Shown: positions 13,901-25,692 of the stretch, one piece after another
Numbering within the stretch: the first letter of the stretch is position 1
Layout: the number at the start of each line of letters is the position of its first letter
DNA from: Paraspadella gotoi
Lineage: Eukaryota; Animalia; Chaetognatha
DNA: 64,000 bases
Direction: 5' to 3'
NCBI GenBank assembly: GCA_051294375.1
Contig: CM119271.1
Location: 4,093,990 to 4,157,989, forward strand
Notes under the pieces: generated by a model
What the model saw: only the letters and a program-made list of their open reading frames with translations
The model's database searches: none
Told to the model about the DNA's origin: nothing
Position numbers and translations under genes: made by a program

Positions 13901-14670
13901 TTATATATCATATAAAATGCCAGACCGAGACCTTCATCATTAATCTTTTTAAATTTTATGGTTGCATAGATATACTGTCACGAAATGTTACAAACGAGAA
14001 AAATCATACTGTAGTCGGGAATAACGATCTTTTACGAATCGATTTAACGAATTACATTACGAAGATTGGATGGAAACGCGAAACTGATCGAAGTTCGAGA
14101 AAATCGTTTCGAGATAAGTGGTCGTTAGAAAGCGAACTTTACTGTACTTGCGGTCACAAAAGAGGTCCATTCATTCTAGTCGCCATTGTCCTCTGCCAGA
14201 AGAATCGTTAATGAACGTCCGTTCCCTTTTTTATGTTCCTTTTTTTCTATTTTTTTTTTTCTTCACTTTTTGTTGAGATTTTTTTTATTTATTTTCTTCC
14301 TTTCTCTTTTTTTTTTTTTTTGCTAACTTTCTTTGTCTCTCACATCTCTAACATGTTCATCATTTAGTTTTTATATTTTTTTCTTTTTTTCCTTTTTTCG
14401 CTAATCGCAAATCAAATTTACCGCGTATACTATTTTAAGTAATACATAGCTCACATCCTCTTTGTCTCTCTTCTCTTTCTCACTCTTCTTTCCCCTCCTC
14501 CTCTTCCACCTTTCTCCAATCCCTACGCGCCGCCTCCAGCCATCGTGATCGGCGTCCTCGCTCTCTTCTTCATCATCGGCGCCGTCTATTTTTCCCTCAA
14601 AAAGGGTCACCGGAAGACGGCGCAGATCACGTCCACGTCGAGGATGAAGCTCAGCGACGTCGCCGAGTAG
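7403..14670 (+). CDS. Type I transmembrane mucin-like protein (signal peptide, Thr/Ala-rich O-glycosylation region, SEA-like module, single TM helix, short cytoplasmic tail); 4 exons
   Basis: Exons 7403-8360 (ATG; MISPFGLFFVCLLTTNLVPSIVAED signal-like; T/A/D/E-rich repeats; donor GTTAGT, phase 0), 9303-9470 (VYCGSISLDLTV...KWARPK; donor GTGAGG), 13241-13310 (DEGDKK...PGLTEGSIA, phase 1, donor GTAATA), 14540-14670 (AIVIGVLALFFIIGAVYFSLKKGHRK...SDVAE*). Phases join correctly. One net frameshift inside the (ACG/ATG)n MATTT repeat near 8035-8100 is needed to join ORF 7355..8101 to ORF 7956..8468. Confidence 0.8.
9763..12292 (+). repeat. Second copy of the 1-2533 block, inside intron 2 of the mucin gene
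   Basis: Same sequence order, including (GA)n, (GAAA)n and the gacagaccgatagacagac element. Confidence 0.9.
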
Positions 14671-16979
14671 AAATCGGCCGGAGTCGGGCCTCCGCTGGAG
14701 GGCGGGGTTGGAGAGCTTTTCCGGAAAAAAAAAAACACGAAACGATAAAACAAAACTGTTCCTCAACCCCCCCCCCAAAAAAAAACACTCAAACCCGATG
14801 GAAGGCCGAAAAAACATCGAAAAATCATAAAACTAAATTTCAACTGATCGACGTTAGGTTTAGTTGAATTTCGAATGAAATTATTGTAAATTGTTTAATG
14901 AAATTGTTTTGGCATTGAATCCGAGTAATTTTTGTATATGTAGTTGTATGATATTTGCCGAACTAGTCAAAAACATCCACTATGAATTGAAATGCATAAT
15001 TAAATTATACACAATCAAAAATAATCCGGTCGAATTTTTAAAATGTCCTCATTCGGCTCTCGAAATACTTTTTTTTTTTTTTGCTCCACGTTTTTCTCTG
15101 TATTTTTTAAACCCTGACCGCGAATGTCTAAACATTTAAATTTAAAATAAAATTCGATCTTTCGATCCGCTAAACTCAACGGCTCGTTTATTTATTTATT
15201 TATTTTTTTTTAGATTCTACAAAAAAATATTGGATCAATTTTAGTTAGAATAGAACTTCAAGGTGCGTCTAACTTTTATTACGGATTTACCTTGGGCGGG
15301 GATTTCTTTTTTTTTTTTTTTAACTAAAGATCCCTGGATCTGAAAACGCGAGATAAGAGACAAAAAAAAAGAGAGAGAAATTCAAAAGTAAACACTCTCG
15401 TGGCTCAACGCAACTTATGGCCTAATTCAGTTTTGCATATAATTAGTAGAAGCCTTTTCGACGAAGGCTCTGGCGACTCTTGGGGTAATTTTCAGAAGTA
15501 TTCGAGGCAACCGTACGATATCTCTTACTCAGATTAGTTCCCCTTGTCACTAATTAAAGCGGCCTCATGTGGTTTTTCAGTGATTGCAGATATGTGAACT
15601 ACTTATGGTCTTAAAGATCCGAAATTAACGATTTCATTGATAATGGAGGTTTGTTTTAAATAAAAGTATGAAAGGTCAATTCGATTCAATTCAATTCAAC
15701 GAAATTAATGATGAATATTAAACAAATACAGTTTGGGAACTCAAATGATTTGAACAAAGACGACGACGACGACGACGAACACAACGACGAAGACGACGAC
15801 GACGTCTATATACTTTGTGACCCGTAGTGGTCAGTAAGAATGACCTTGTTATGGCTGACCTTTTCAGTCAATATGAATACGTAGTTGTTGTTGTTGTTAT
15901 TTTTACCGTTTTGATTTTTACTCTGTTTTTTGTTATGTTTTCTCTTCTCACAAAAACACGTTTCTAATTTTTTTGGTATTGCACGACGCTCCTTTTGGAC
16001 ATCCTTTGCAACCTTTTAGACACTTTTGGTCCCTGTTAAACGAAATTAAACAAAATATTTTACCTTTAATTATCCCAACAATATCGAAATCACTTAAAAT
16101 ATGAGTTTATACAAACTATTGCATAGAAAAATTGCAATTGCAATTGCAATTGAAATTGCACAGCCAAAAACCTCCACACAAAAAGAGAATTTTCTAGTCA
16201 ATGATCATTTGCCATCCGCTTCGGGTCAAAGACGAAGCGCGTTTAACCCTTTACGATCTGTTTAAAACTTAGCATACTGTGAGCCTGATCTGGAATAATT
16301 TCAGACCGTTTACGATTTAGTCGGTGAAAAAAATTATCTGCCATATAGCACACTATCGCAGAGAACGGAGACAAAGGTTCCAATCGAGAAAAAAATCTAC
16401 AGCATTGGAAAAGTCTGAAAAACACGCTATTTTCTTAATTTTTAGTTGCGCCGCGAGTACTCGCGGCGAGTACTTTTTCTGAACTTAATCTTAATTTATT
16501 CTTAACCTTAATTTATCATATTTTACAAATATTAACGAGAAATTATCCATCTCGGTTCCGTTTTGTTCTTCTTTTTTCGCCAATTCATTGAGAAAAACCT
16601 TGCTCTTCCTTTTCCCATATACATCTGGAACGTATTAATCTCCAGGAATGCCTATTTCTCTTTACTCTCCATAAATATTTTGCATTAAATTAACTAAAAG
16701 ATTATTAGTCATTTTAAAATCAAAAAGACTTTATTCAGAGTAAATAAAGGTGACGGTTAGGCGCACCAGGAAGCCTGATTCAATGCTACTGAAACTAAGG
16801 GAGAACTAAAAGTCTATAACAAAGAGACAGTATCAGAGGCAAGACGGTTCCATCGTTCTCGCAAGCCGATTGGTCGATCTCGGCCAATCGGCGTTCGATG
16901 ATTCCATTCCATTCTGATCTCCTGCGATATTATTTAGCATAAGAAAAAAATAGCTATTTTTAGCATAATATAGGGAGTA

Positions 16980-17804
16980 AGGCGGGTTAAATTTGATCCC
17001 TTTTTATCATTAGAAGTTGTTATATAAAATTCATTTGTCTATCATATACTTAATCAATATTTACTATCACTTTTATAACTAGTGAAGCAGAGTATAACAT
17101 TGAAGTATTTAAATATTTATAAATGCATAAGCAATAAAAAATCTTTTTGTAAAAATTTTATTTTTTAAGAACAAAGTATAATGCGTTTTTCAATATTTCG
17201 ATGATAAGTGGGTCAAATACAGGAAAAACCCTTAAAAATCATCTTGATTATTATCATACTATGGCAACGGAAGGATAGCCTGTGATACCCGGGGCGCGGG
17301 GTATCTCACCAACTGGCGTAGGGGCTGCGGACCCTCAGTGACCGCCTCCTGTCACTGGCATGTTTATACCGGCACCGTCACATTTAAGCCAGAACCGGGA
17401 TACCCAGGGATTGAACCCGGGACGCACGGATGGAATGAGATGATTTAGCCTGCTCAGCCATTGAGACGAGGCTGAGGACGGACAGCAGTGAGGCAGCTTT
17501 AAGTCTTGCTGCCACAATACCATAATTTTTATAGTTTTTGATAATTTTAACCAATAAAACATAAAAATTTTGAATTCTTGTAATATTTTTATTTATTTTT
17601 TCAAGCTCTACCCGAATCCGTTTTTAAAAATTCTGATTTTGAAATATAAAATTTTCATGATTTATAGTAATACGATAAACTTTAAATACTTCTATGTTAT
17701 TAACTATACATAATATCTTAATTTTTTTTAAATTTCGTTATCCCACAGGGATGCTTTAACATTATTTATATGACAGAACTCTTAGTTTCTATCTTGTTCC
17801 GCCT
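16980..17804. mobile_element. MITE-like element (ends AGGCGG...CCGCCT, TA/TWA flanks), containing a SINE insertion
   Basis: Short terminal inverted repeats. The 3' end (...tgttccgcct) recurs at ~24720-24852 and ~56505-56617. Confidence 0.45.
17270..17514 (-). mobile_element. tRNA-derived SINE-like element, family B
   Basis: Reverse-complement match to 32146-32420; B-box-like GGGTTCAATCCC. Confidence 0.65.
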
Positions 17805-18425
17805 TAATAGGGAGCCATCTAGCACATTTCTTTCCTGCTGAGTTTGATTTAGAGACTCGTGCTTCAGACTTCAGAGACTTTTAATCAGACTCGTGCTGCT
17901 GCGCTGCAGACTGCAGGGGTTCAGGGTGCAGCCGCGAAACCAAATGAAATTTCTGGGAAATCCTGAAAATCCAGAAATTCAGATATCGAGACAAAAAAAT
18001 CGAAAAAAACGAGAAATCTGAGAAAGGAATCAAAATTAACTGAGGACTTCGTCTGTAACCACGAGATTTCCATTCCTGTTTCCTTATCTAATCTAATATT
18101 ATTTCTTTTTTCTATTATAATCCTATTTCTTTATCTAATCTAATCATATTTATTTTTTCTATTTTATTCCCATTTCTATATCTAATCATATTTATTTTTT
18201 CTATTCTATTCTTATTTCTTTTTCTATTTTTATTCAATTGGAATTTTTTAGCAACGAAATATCTCGCTCTGAAAAAAAAAGGACGGGAAAATTACTGATT
18301 ATTTTTATTTTTTCGCTATACTCGTGTTTGATGTAATTTCCCTTTTTTTGACGTTTTCTCGACAGTAATGTTTCTATTCTTTTATGTATTTTAGATAAAT
18401 CAATCTGTAATCATTGATCAACGTA

Positions 18426-21400
18426 ATGTCAAATTTTTACAAAACGGTCCGAGGAGCATGGAGCAGTGCCAATATCGACGAGGCGGAAAACGAGGTAGAT
18501 TTCGGCAAAGATAAAGTAAGGTTTTGATCCTTTATTTCCGCGAACTCGCTTATTTTTATATATTATATTATTATATATAATAATAATAATAATATATGAC
18601 AGGAGTTCGGGACGCCCGAGCCGTCGCCTCCTCCGTCGGTATCTTCGCCACCAACGCGGTCACGGAGCCCGTCACCCAAAGCGCCCTGCGCGCCGAAGTC
18701 CGAGAGCCCCGCCCTGGCCGCGTCTATTGATACCTGGGTCCGCCCGCTCATCGAAATTGTTGACAAACTGCGGAGTCTCGGGATCGAGAAACACGAGTTA
18801 GTAATTAGTTACGAATTTGATGAATAATAATTGTTTGAAAATTAAAACAGAATAACGGGTAAAAGGTATAGTTAAATTTTGACTATTTTTTTTGCATAAT
18901 GAAAGCAATTTAAGCTAGTATCGTAATTGAGCCAAATTTAACGTATTTTTCAGTATTGCCTTGCCCCGAATCGTCATTACCGGTGATCAAAGTTCGGGCA
19001 AGTCTACCGTCGTCGAAGCTCTGTCGGGCATCGCCCTGCCGAGAGGGATGGGCATGGTGACGCGGGCGCCGCTGGAACTCAGGTCGGATCTGAGGAAACG
19101 TGGGCCGAGAGTGATCCAAAATAGTTACCCTTTTTTACGTTTTAATTTAATTTAATAATGGACACTGGACAGTACTTTCAATAATAATTAAACTTAAGCA
19201 ACATTTTAACGATAGAATGATAAAGATGGACTGCGAGTGGTCGGCTAAACTCTCCTACCGTTTGAACGAAGAAGATATCACCTTCAACATCCTCGATCCG
19301 AAAGATGTCGGCCAAAAGGTAATTTTTTGCCATCAATTTGTTCAGCATCCTTATTGTACATCGCTTTTTTCAATTTTTGTAAGTCACCTTTCAAGTACCA
19401 AAAATGTTATTAGTGCCTCAGTAACAGTTCAGTTTCAAGCCCTTGGAAAGCGATTTAAATGTATTGGCGCAGCCACTGGTTTAAAAAAATATTTGTTACA
19501 CAGCTTTGTAGTCCCAAGATATTTTGCTAGTTTATTTCGTTCGAATAAGATTCTGGATGCGCAAAATGAATTGACGAGCGAGGAGTCCTGCGTATCCGAA
19601 AAAGAGCTCAAGCTGGAGGTTCGCGCCCCGAACGTGCCCGATTTGACCGTGGTCGACCTGCCCGGCATCGTGAGGACCGTCGCTGAGGGGCAAGAGCTCG
19701 ACATCGAGGAAAAGATCAAGAATTTAATCAGGAAGTAAGTCGAATCTTTAAATTACGAAAGTTAAAAAAATTTGTACAATCTGTATAAGAATTATTCCAT
19801 AAACAAGCTATCTTTGCACAGGCTATGGCTTTGGCAATAAATGGTGATTAATAATTGGTTANNNNNNNNNNTATGCCTATGGCTTTAGAAATAAATGGTG
19901 ATTAATAATTGGTTATTAGTAAGTTATTGTTTTCTGTCGCGTAAAATTTACTTTTTTTTTTTGGAATTACAGATACATCGAAGCTCCTAACACGATCGAT
20001 TTGGTTGTTTGTCCTGCCAATGTAGACCCGGCCGTTAACGAAGCGATCAAACTCGCCAAAGATGTGCGTCGATTTTCTAAGATGTTACATAAAAAAAAGA
20101 AAAAAAAGAAAAACTTGAAAAATGATACTTTCCCCTCGGCCTAGGTTGATCCCACTTTCGAAAGAACTCTTGCAGTAGTGACAAAGCCGGATCTCGTGGA
20201 CAAAGGAGCGGAGAATTCTGTCGTTGATCTGGTCAACAACAAGTCACCGGTATTGACACTGAAGAGACAGTAAGAATTGTTATGAGTTAGTGACAAAACA
20301 GTTCGATATGAGCAGTCCCTGAGCTTCGGATCAGACTGTAACACCGTGTTACACTTACAGGCGGGTTAAGCGCCTCGGCTCTCTGAACTGTTAGGTAACC
20401 ACCGGACTAGAACTCTGGACCTTCGGGTTGGGAGGCGAATGACTTGCCTCCTGCACCAATGGCCGCTTGGTGGATTTTAGTCCTCCATAACAAGATTATT
20501 TCTAGTATACACACCTACTTGCCTTACTTTTTTACTTAACCAGGTCAAACTTGCCGGTTCGAGCAGTTGGACGATGATTAAAGGAAGGTCGCAGGCCGAT
20601 TTGGATAAAGGGATCTCGTTGGCACAAGCAACAGCCCAGGAGGTGAGTGAAGAGTTAGTTGCGTCACACAATCTGTTTTAAATTATAATTAAGATCGGCT
20701 TATAACGTTTTCAGGCAAGTTTCTTTACGAAACACAAGCAATACAGTCGAATTGAGGAAACGAAACTCGGGGTCAACAATTTGGCCACCAAATTAACATG
20801 GATTTTGGTGAACAAAATCAAAGACGAGCTGCCCATTTGTCGCCAACAGGTAGTTGTCTAAAAATACACGGATTTCAATTGTGAGTGAAATGAAAAGATA
20901 ATTATAGCGACTTAAATTTTGAACCCTGGGTAAAAAAAATTGCCAACGTTTTTTTTTTTTTACAGTAGTACAGCTTGCTTAGTTTCTTAGTTATTTTCTA
21001 ATTAACTAGATAGTTGAAAGTTGAAAAAATTATGCAAATTGAAAAAATTATGCAAGTTAAAAAAATTTTGAACCCTGGTATAAAAAATTGCTAACGTTTT
21101 TTTTATTTTTTAACTCCCAGTAGTACAGCTTGCTTAGTTTCTTAGTTATTTTCTCATTAACACCATGGTCGAATTTCAAAAAAAGAAATTTTTTGTATTT
21201 GAATAGCATCATTCTGTTGTAGGATATACTTAAATGAAAAAAATAAAATATTAAAAAATTTGGGTTTATCTTACAAATTTAGACATTAAAGTATGTCTCT
21301 GAGCAATCAGAATTTTCAAAAACTTTTTCACTGCCACAATGACAGCCCTTTCCATTTGTTAGTTTTTTCTATTTTTTTCTAGTTAAAATAAAAATTTCAG

Positions 21401-24400
21401 CTTTGGAAAAAAAATGGAAAAGAACATTTATCACTAAACCTTGTAATTAAATAATCAAATAAGAGGGGAAAAGTTGTGCAAAAAAAGCTGCTGGAAAGCA
21501 AGCGCACCAGTTGTTATATATATATATATTTTCATACAATTAAAACATTCTTTGAAATATACCACTTCATTGATAGGGAATCCAGGTACTCTGGGAGTGA
21601 ATAAACGAGACTGTTAGGGAGTCGTGATTGAAAGCTTGCTGGGAGCTGCTATATCATTATCTTGTAAGAGTGATGGAGGCCTTAAACCATCAACGCCTGT
21701 CCAAAGTCAGGGGCAAGATAGCTTGTTTATTAAATGAATTTTTATATTGGTTGTACCAATTTAATAGGAACATAAACGTCAGGGAATTTTCTAACTAATG
21801 AAATGATCAAATATCAATCATATTGAGTTAGTTAACAGGAATATTTATTTAACAAAGCTTTTCATTTCACTGAACGTAGTGTTTTCTTAATTTGATTTCT
21901 AAATATAATCGAATTTATCTTCTTTTGCAGATAATGGACAGGTTGAATTCGTTGACGACCCAGTTGGAGAAGTTCGGGGAATATCCTTGCAACCTCGAAG
22001 ATGTGAACGCGATGATGTTTTATTTCACAAAAACGACGAGAACTTTTGCCAATCATCTTATCTCCCGATGCTTAGGTCATTTTAAAACGGATTTTTACCA
22101 AGCTTTTGAAATCATAATAGGCTTAAAACTTAAATAATAACCAATGGATATTGTTAATTCAATCCAGGCGAAAGTCAGCGCCGTCCGGAAGGTTGCGAGC
22201 TACTGCGCCAGGCGAGACGCCTGGAAGAGACATTCGCCCAAGGCATCGACGACGCTCGACCGGAAGAAGAGGAGCTGATGATTGAGATTTTGGAGAACAT
22301 GAAAAAATTTCGAGGGAGCGAACTACTTCCCTACATCAGCTTCGACGTCTTTATATTCTCCGCGAAGAAGCTGGTCGCGCAGTTCAAGGAGCCCATCGAT
22401 AAGTGTCTCGGCAAGGTGACGCTTTTTAAATTTTACTAAGTTCACTTAACCACTTTTGTTCAATACTAATATTAATAATTAGGTCCGAGATTTGATTTTA
22501 AAAGATTTGGCCAACCTCGCTCAAGAGGAGCTCAGCAGTTTTCCCGCGCTGAGAGAAAAAGTCCAAGAGATCATCACTTTTTGCTGCGACGAGGCTTATA
22601 AAGAGTGCAAAACAGACTTGGACAAATATATGAAGAAGGAAATGATACCATACGCCAATGTACGTGCTTAACATTATGCTGAAGCGATGATAAAATCGGG
22701 AATATATTTTCGAAAGGAAAAATCGGCATGAAACAATCGAGATCTTGAACGAACTAAAACTCGAAACTTCGCAGAGGGCGAAGAGAGAGAAAAACAAATA
22801 ATCACTGCAATGCTATGGTACTACTGCGTTACAAATTTTCAGTTATATTAATTAGTTATCTATTGATATAATAGGACAATCTTTTCGTACGTGAGATGGA
22901 AACCTGCGCCGAGGACGACAAAAATGTAGAAGACGAAGCGGTTTCTGATTCTCGATTAGACGGATTTTCCGTTGGTCAATGTAGAGGTAAGACTAAGGTT
23001 GTCTGAGAATCGCCAAGAGTGGTCACTCAAGAAAAACAAAAATCCCACCCCTTTCACTCAAGGAAAACCTAAGAGCAGATTTCATCGAAGATTCATTAGG
23101 AGAACGTTTAAAGTTCTTCCTAGTGGTAAGACTAGGATCATCTGGGAATCGAAAGAGTGGTCACTCAAGAACAAGAATGGTAATTCCAATATGTTGCGCC
23201 GCAGTGACTTTATTTTTTTGTGTATTTCCCTTTGATCATATGATATGACATGACATAATTAAAAAAATTTTTCGCCCATGTATTTATGACATGCACTGCA
23301 TCAAAATTCCATCTTTTAGCAGTCCCTTAGATTTGAGGTTTTTTTCTGTCTTAACAAATGAGCAACCAACTATAGGCAAATTATTTGCATTTTTAACATA
23401 AGTGGGACAGACCAATGGACAGACATACCGACCGAACGACCGACCAAAAAGTGACTTGCGGCGCAACAAAAAACAAAATTCCCACTCCTCCAGGAAAATT
23501 TGAGAGCATGTGGCGAGGCTACTTTGCAGATCCACTGGCCAATCGTTTTGGCCGAAGATTCTTGCCGTGACCTCTCTCTCTCTCACCCTCCCTCTTTCCC
23601 TTTCTGCCCAGTTATATGTTATACCTCTATTCTTGTGTCTGAAAAGGTCTGAATTTTTGCTCTTTTCTAATAAAACCTTTACTCATGTTAGAAATCTACT
23701 ATGAAATTAAATTCAATTGGGGCGGGGGTTCAAAACTATATATTGAAGTAAAAAAAATTTTTTAAAAAAGTTCCATTTTAATACTTTTATTGTTGCTATC
23801 AAAATTAAAATATTACTATATAATGATAAATTTTTTTTTAATCAATCTTAACTTTTTTTGATGGATTCTGATAAAGCATAAAAAGTTAAATAAAAAATAT
23901 AACTACAACTTTCAAAAATTTTGATGTTTTTTTGGTCAAAATTAAGAAAAAGTAATAAAATTATTGAAAGATGATGATGATTATAAATAGTTTTTCATAT
24001 GTTTCACCCACTTATGATCAAAATATCGAAAAAAGAATTATACTTTGTGTAGACAACTTTTTGCAAGCTACCTGAATCTTATCTTAAAAATAAAAAAATC
24101 CTAAAAATTGTTTTAGCCTTTCCTATTTATAAATAAATATTAAAAAAATATATTGAGTATGGAGTATTATTAATTTTTTTGTCTATTCACATTTTTTTAA
24201 AAATGTCTAAATTTTCGTTTGAGCAGGTGTTTAATTCAAATTTCTTCACCACCTTACTGAGTTAGGCTCTCCTTAAGGCGGGCCAAAATTTAACATTTTT
24301 TACAATATGAAAAAGTCTGCAATAAAAGTTTTTTGTCCTTTTACAACCAAATTGATTTATGATATTAGATTTTGATTAAATTAATTTTCCTCATGCATGG

Positions 24401-25508
24401 AAGCATTTTAATATTTAACAATATATATGAAATCCTTCAAAAATTTTTAAAAATAGATTCTGATAAAGATTAAAAAGTTAGATAATGGTTAGTACTACAA
24501 ATTTCAAAAATTTTAATGAAATGGGCTAAAATTTGAAAAACTTTAAAAAATCATCATCATCATCATTCATTAAATTTTATAGTTTTTATTAATTTTCATA
24601 AATAAAAAACATTATTATTAATAACCTTCATCTAACTTTTCAAGCACTATCCGATTCCGTTAAAAAAAATTAAAATTTATTAAAAATTTTTTTTCACATT
24701 ATATATTCGTATCGTAGTAATCGGATAATATAAAATAGCTTCCATGCGTTTAGCTATGAAATAAATCTTAATTTTTTAGATTTTCACGATCCTTAATAAA
24801 CACATTAACAATATTTATACCGGACTTCTGTTAGTTTGTAAACTGTTCCGCCTTACTATTCATGTTGCCATCAATATTTTCAGTTTCTTCTATCCAACAC
24901 GGAACTATTCCCATCGCGGTACTACCTGCACCTGTCTCTCCTTCTCAAAGATCCATCAGGACAAAGTTCAAGGTTCTTTCGCCAGACTTGAACCAGTGGC
25001 GGATCCACGAGGCCGGACAGCACTATAAAAATATCATGACCTACTACAAAATGGCCAAAAGACGCCTCATGGAATACGTTCCAATGGAGATCAACTACAC
25101 GATGTTGATTTGTTTGAGCGAAAACATCGATCAAAAAGTTAGTTTTTCTCGTCAAATGTAAAATTGTTTAATGTGTTTTTATTATTATTGTAAGGAGATG
25201 GTGTTATAAACTCCAAATAAGTTATATCCTCTGCAAATAGTATTTTGTTATCATCTAAAAAAGTAAACAAACTAGATGCCGTAACTACTGTAATAAAATC
25301 AACAAACACGCAGGTAATGGCGATGGCAATTTCCGCGGATCCTGCGGAGCGTCGGTCGCTGATGTGCGCTCCCAAACTGGACGCGTATCGCACCAAGCTG
25401 ATGAAGATGATAGCCAATCTGAAGAATTGCCTGCAAGAGTTGAATCGCCTCCTCAACGACAAGATGCTGACCAACCTCAGCTTCGAGGAGTTGAGAATTG
25501 AAGATTGA
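18426..25508 (+). CDS. Mx: Mx-like dynamin-superfamily large GTPase (paralog A), about 753 aa from 15 core exons (774 aa if the 63-nt exon at 23063-23125 is included)
   Basis: Exons 18426-18515, 18603-18796, 18954-19082, 19216-19318, 19550-19734, 19973-20063, 20145-20249, 20544-20642, 20715-20849, 21931-22075, 22168-22415, 22483-22659, 22875-22986, 24884-25137, 25314-25508; all GT-AG and phase-consistent, total 2262 nt. Motifs: [15 protein letters not shown] (Mx BSE helix), G1 [19 protein letters not shown]3 DLPG, G4 TKPDLVDKG, stalk FRGSEL, GED-like [17 protein letters not shown]. No PH or proline-rich C-terminal domain. The first exon and start codon are the least certain part. Confidence 0.92.
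20260..20488 (-). mobile_element. tRNA-derived SINE-like element, family A
   Basis: tRNA-like head gcggccattggtgcaggaggcaagtcattcgcctcccaacccgaaggtccagagttctagtccggtggtt with A-box and B-box-like motifs; homologous to 26398-26621 and 26931-27133. Confidence 0.7.
21535..21762 (+). repeat. Dispersed ~230-bp repeat family C (gatagggaa.ccaggtactctggg...gcctgtccaaagtcaggggcaagatagc...ttggttgtaccaa)
   Basis: Copies or fragments also at ~460-570, 9636-9740 plus 10215-10321, 30150-30260 and 61716-61950. Confidence 0.8.
23063..23125 (+). CDS. Candidate 63-nt symmetric (phase 1-1) exon in the L4-equivalent loop of Mx-A, encoding [21 protein letters not shown]
   Basis: Pyrimidine-rich acceptor cccacccctttcactcaAG, donor GTAAGA, 76-nt upstream intron (similar to the gene's other short introns), open frame in register with both flanking exons. 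Confidence 0.6.
23170..23468 (+). mobile_element. Helentron-associated (HINE/DINE-1-like) non-autonomous element
   Basis: Starts aacaag; subterminal inverted repeat tgttgcgccgca / tgcggcgcaaca; (GACA/GACC)n microsatellite. Related copies at ~1657-1945 and ~11388-11682. It interrupts an otherwise alignable duplicated intron. Confidence 0.55.
23494..23570 (+). CDS. Candidate alternative terminal (or 51-nt cassette) exon of Mx-A: [25 protein letters not shown]
   Basis: Acceptor cccactcctccAG at 23492-23493, phase-1 frame open to TGA at 23568-23570, AATAAA at 23669-23674. Sequence resembles the 23063 exon and its upstream intron. Confidence 0.35.
24276..24852. mobile_element. MITE-like element (AGGCGG...CCGCCT), same family as 16980-17804
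   Basis: Short terminal inverted repeats, TA-flanked, shared 3' end sequence. Confidence 0.45.
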
Positions 25509-25686
25509 GATAAAACTGAAAAGCCAAACGTTGGAGCCACTTCTCTTAGATGTTAGTTTTACTGTTTCTTATTCACGTTCTTTTATCACCCTGTTTTATC
25601 TACTTCGTTAGGTAAATGGATTTTTCATCCATTAATTCACGTTTAGTTTTAAAAAAGTTACAAATTTCGTGTTTTTTTTTTTCTTA

Positions 25687-25692
25687 AATAAA
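25687..25692 (+). terminator. Polyadenylation signal AATAAA of Mx-A
   Basis: AATAAA about 180 nt downstream of the stop at 25508. Confidence 0.55.

Noticed and set aside
20400-20470. tRNA-like sequence (also ~26420, ~26962, ~17400, ~32200)
   Set aside because: Part of multi-copy SINE heads with divergent stems and a shared non-tRNA body; not credible tRNA genes.
18426-25508. Alternative call as classical dynamin or Drp1
   Set aside because: No PH or proline-rich domain; motifs [16 protein letters not shown] and RGxEL match Mx rather than dynamin/Drp1 (GGQSAGKS or GxQSSGKS with TKLD).
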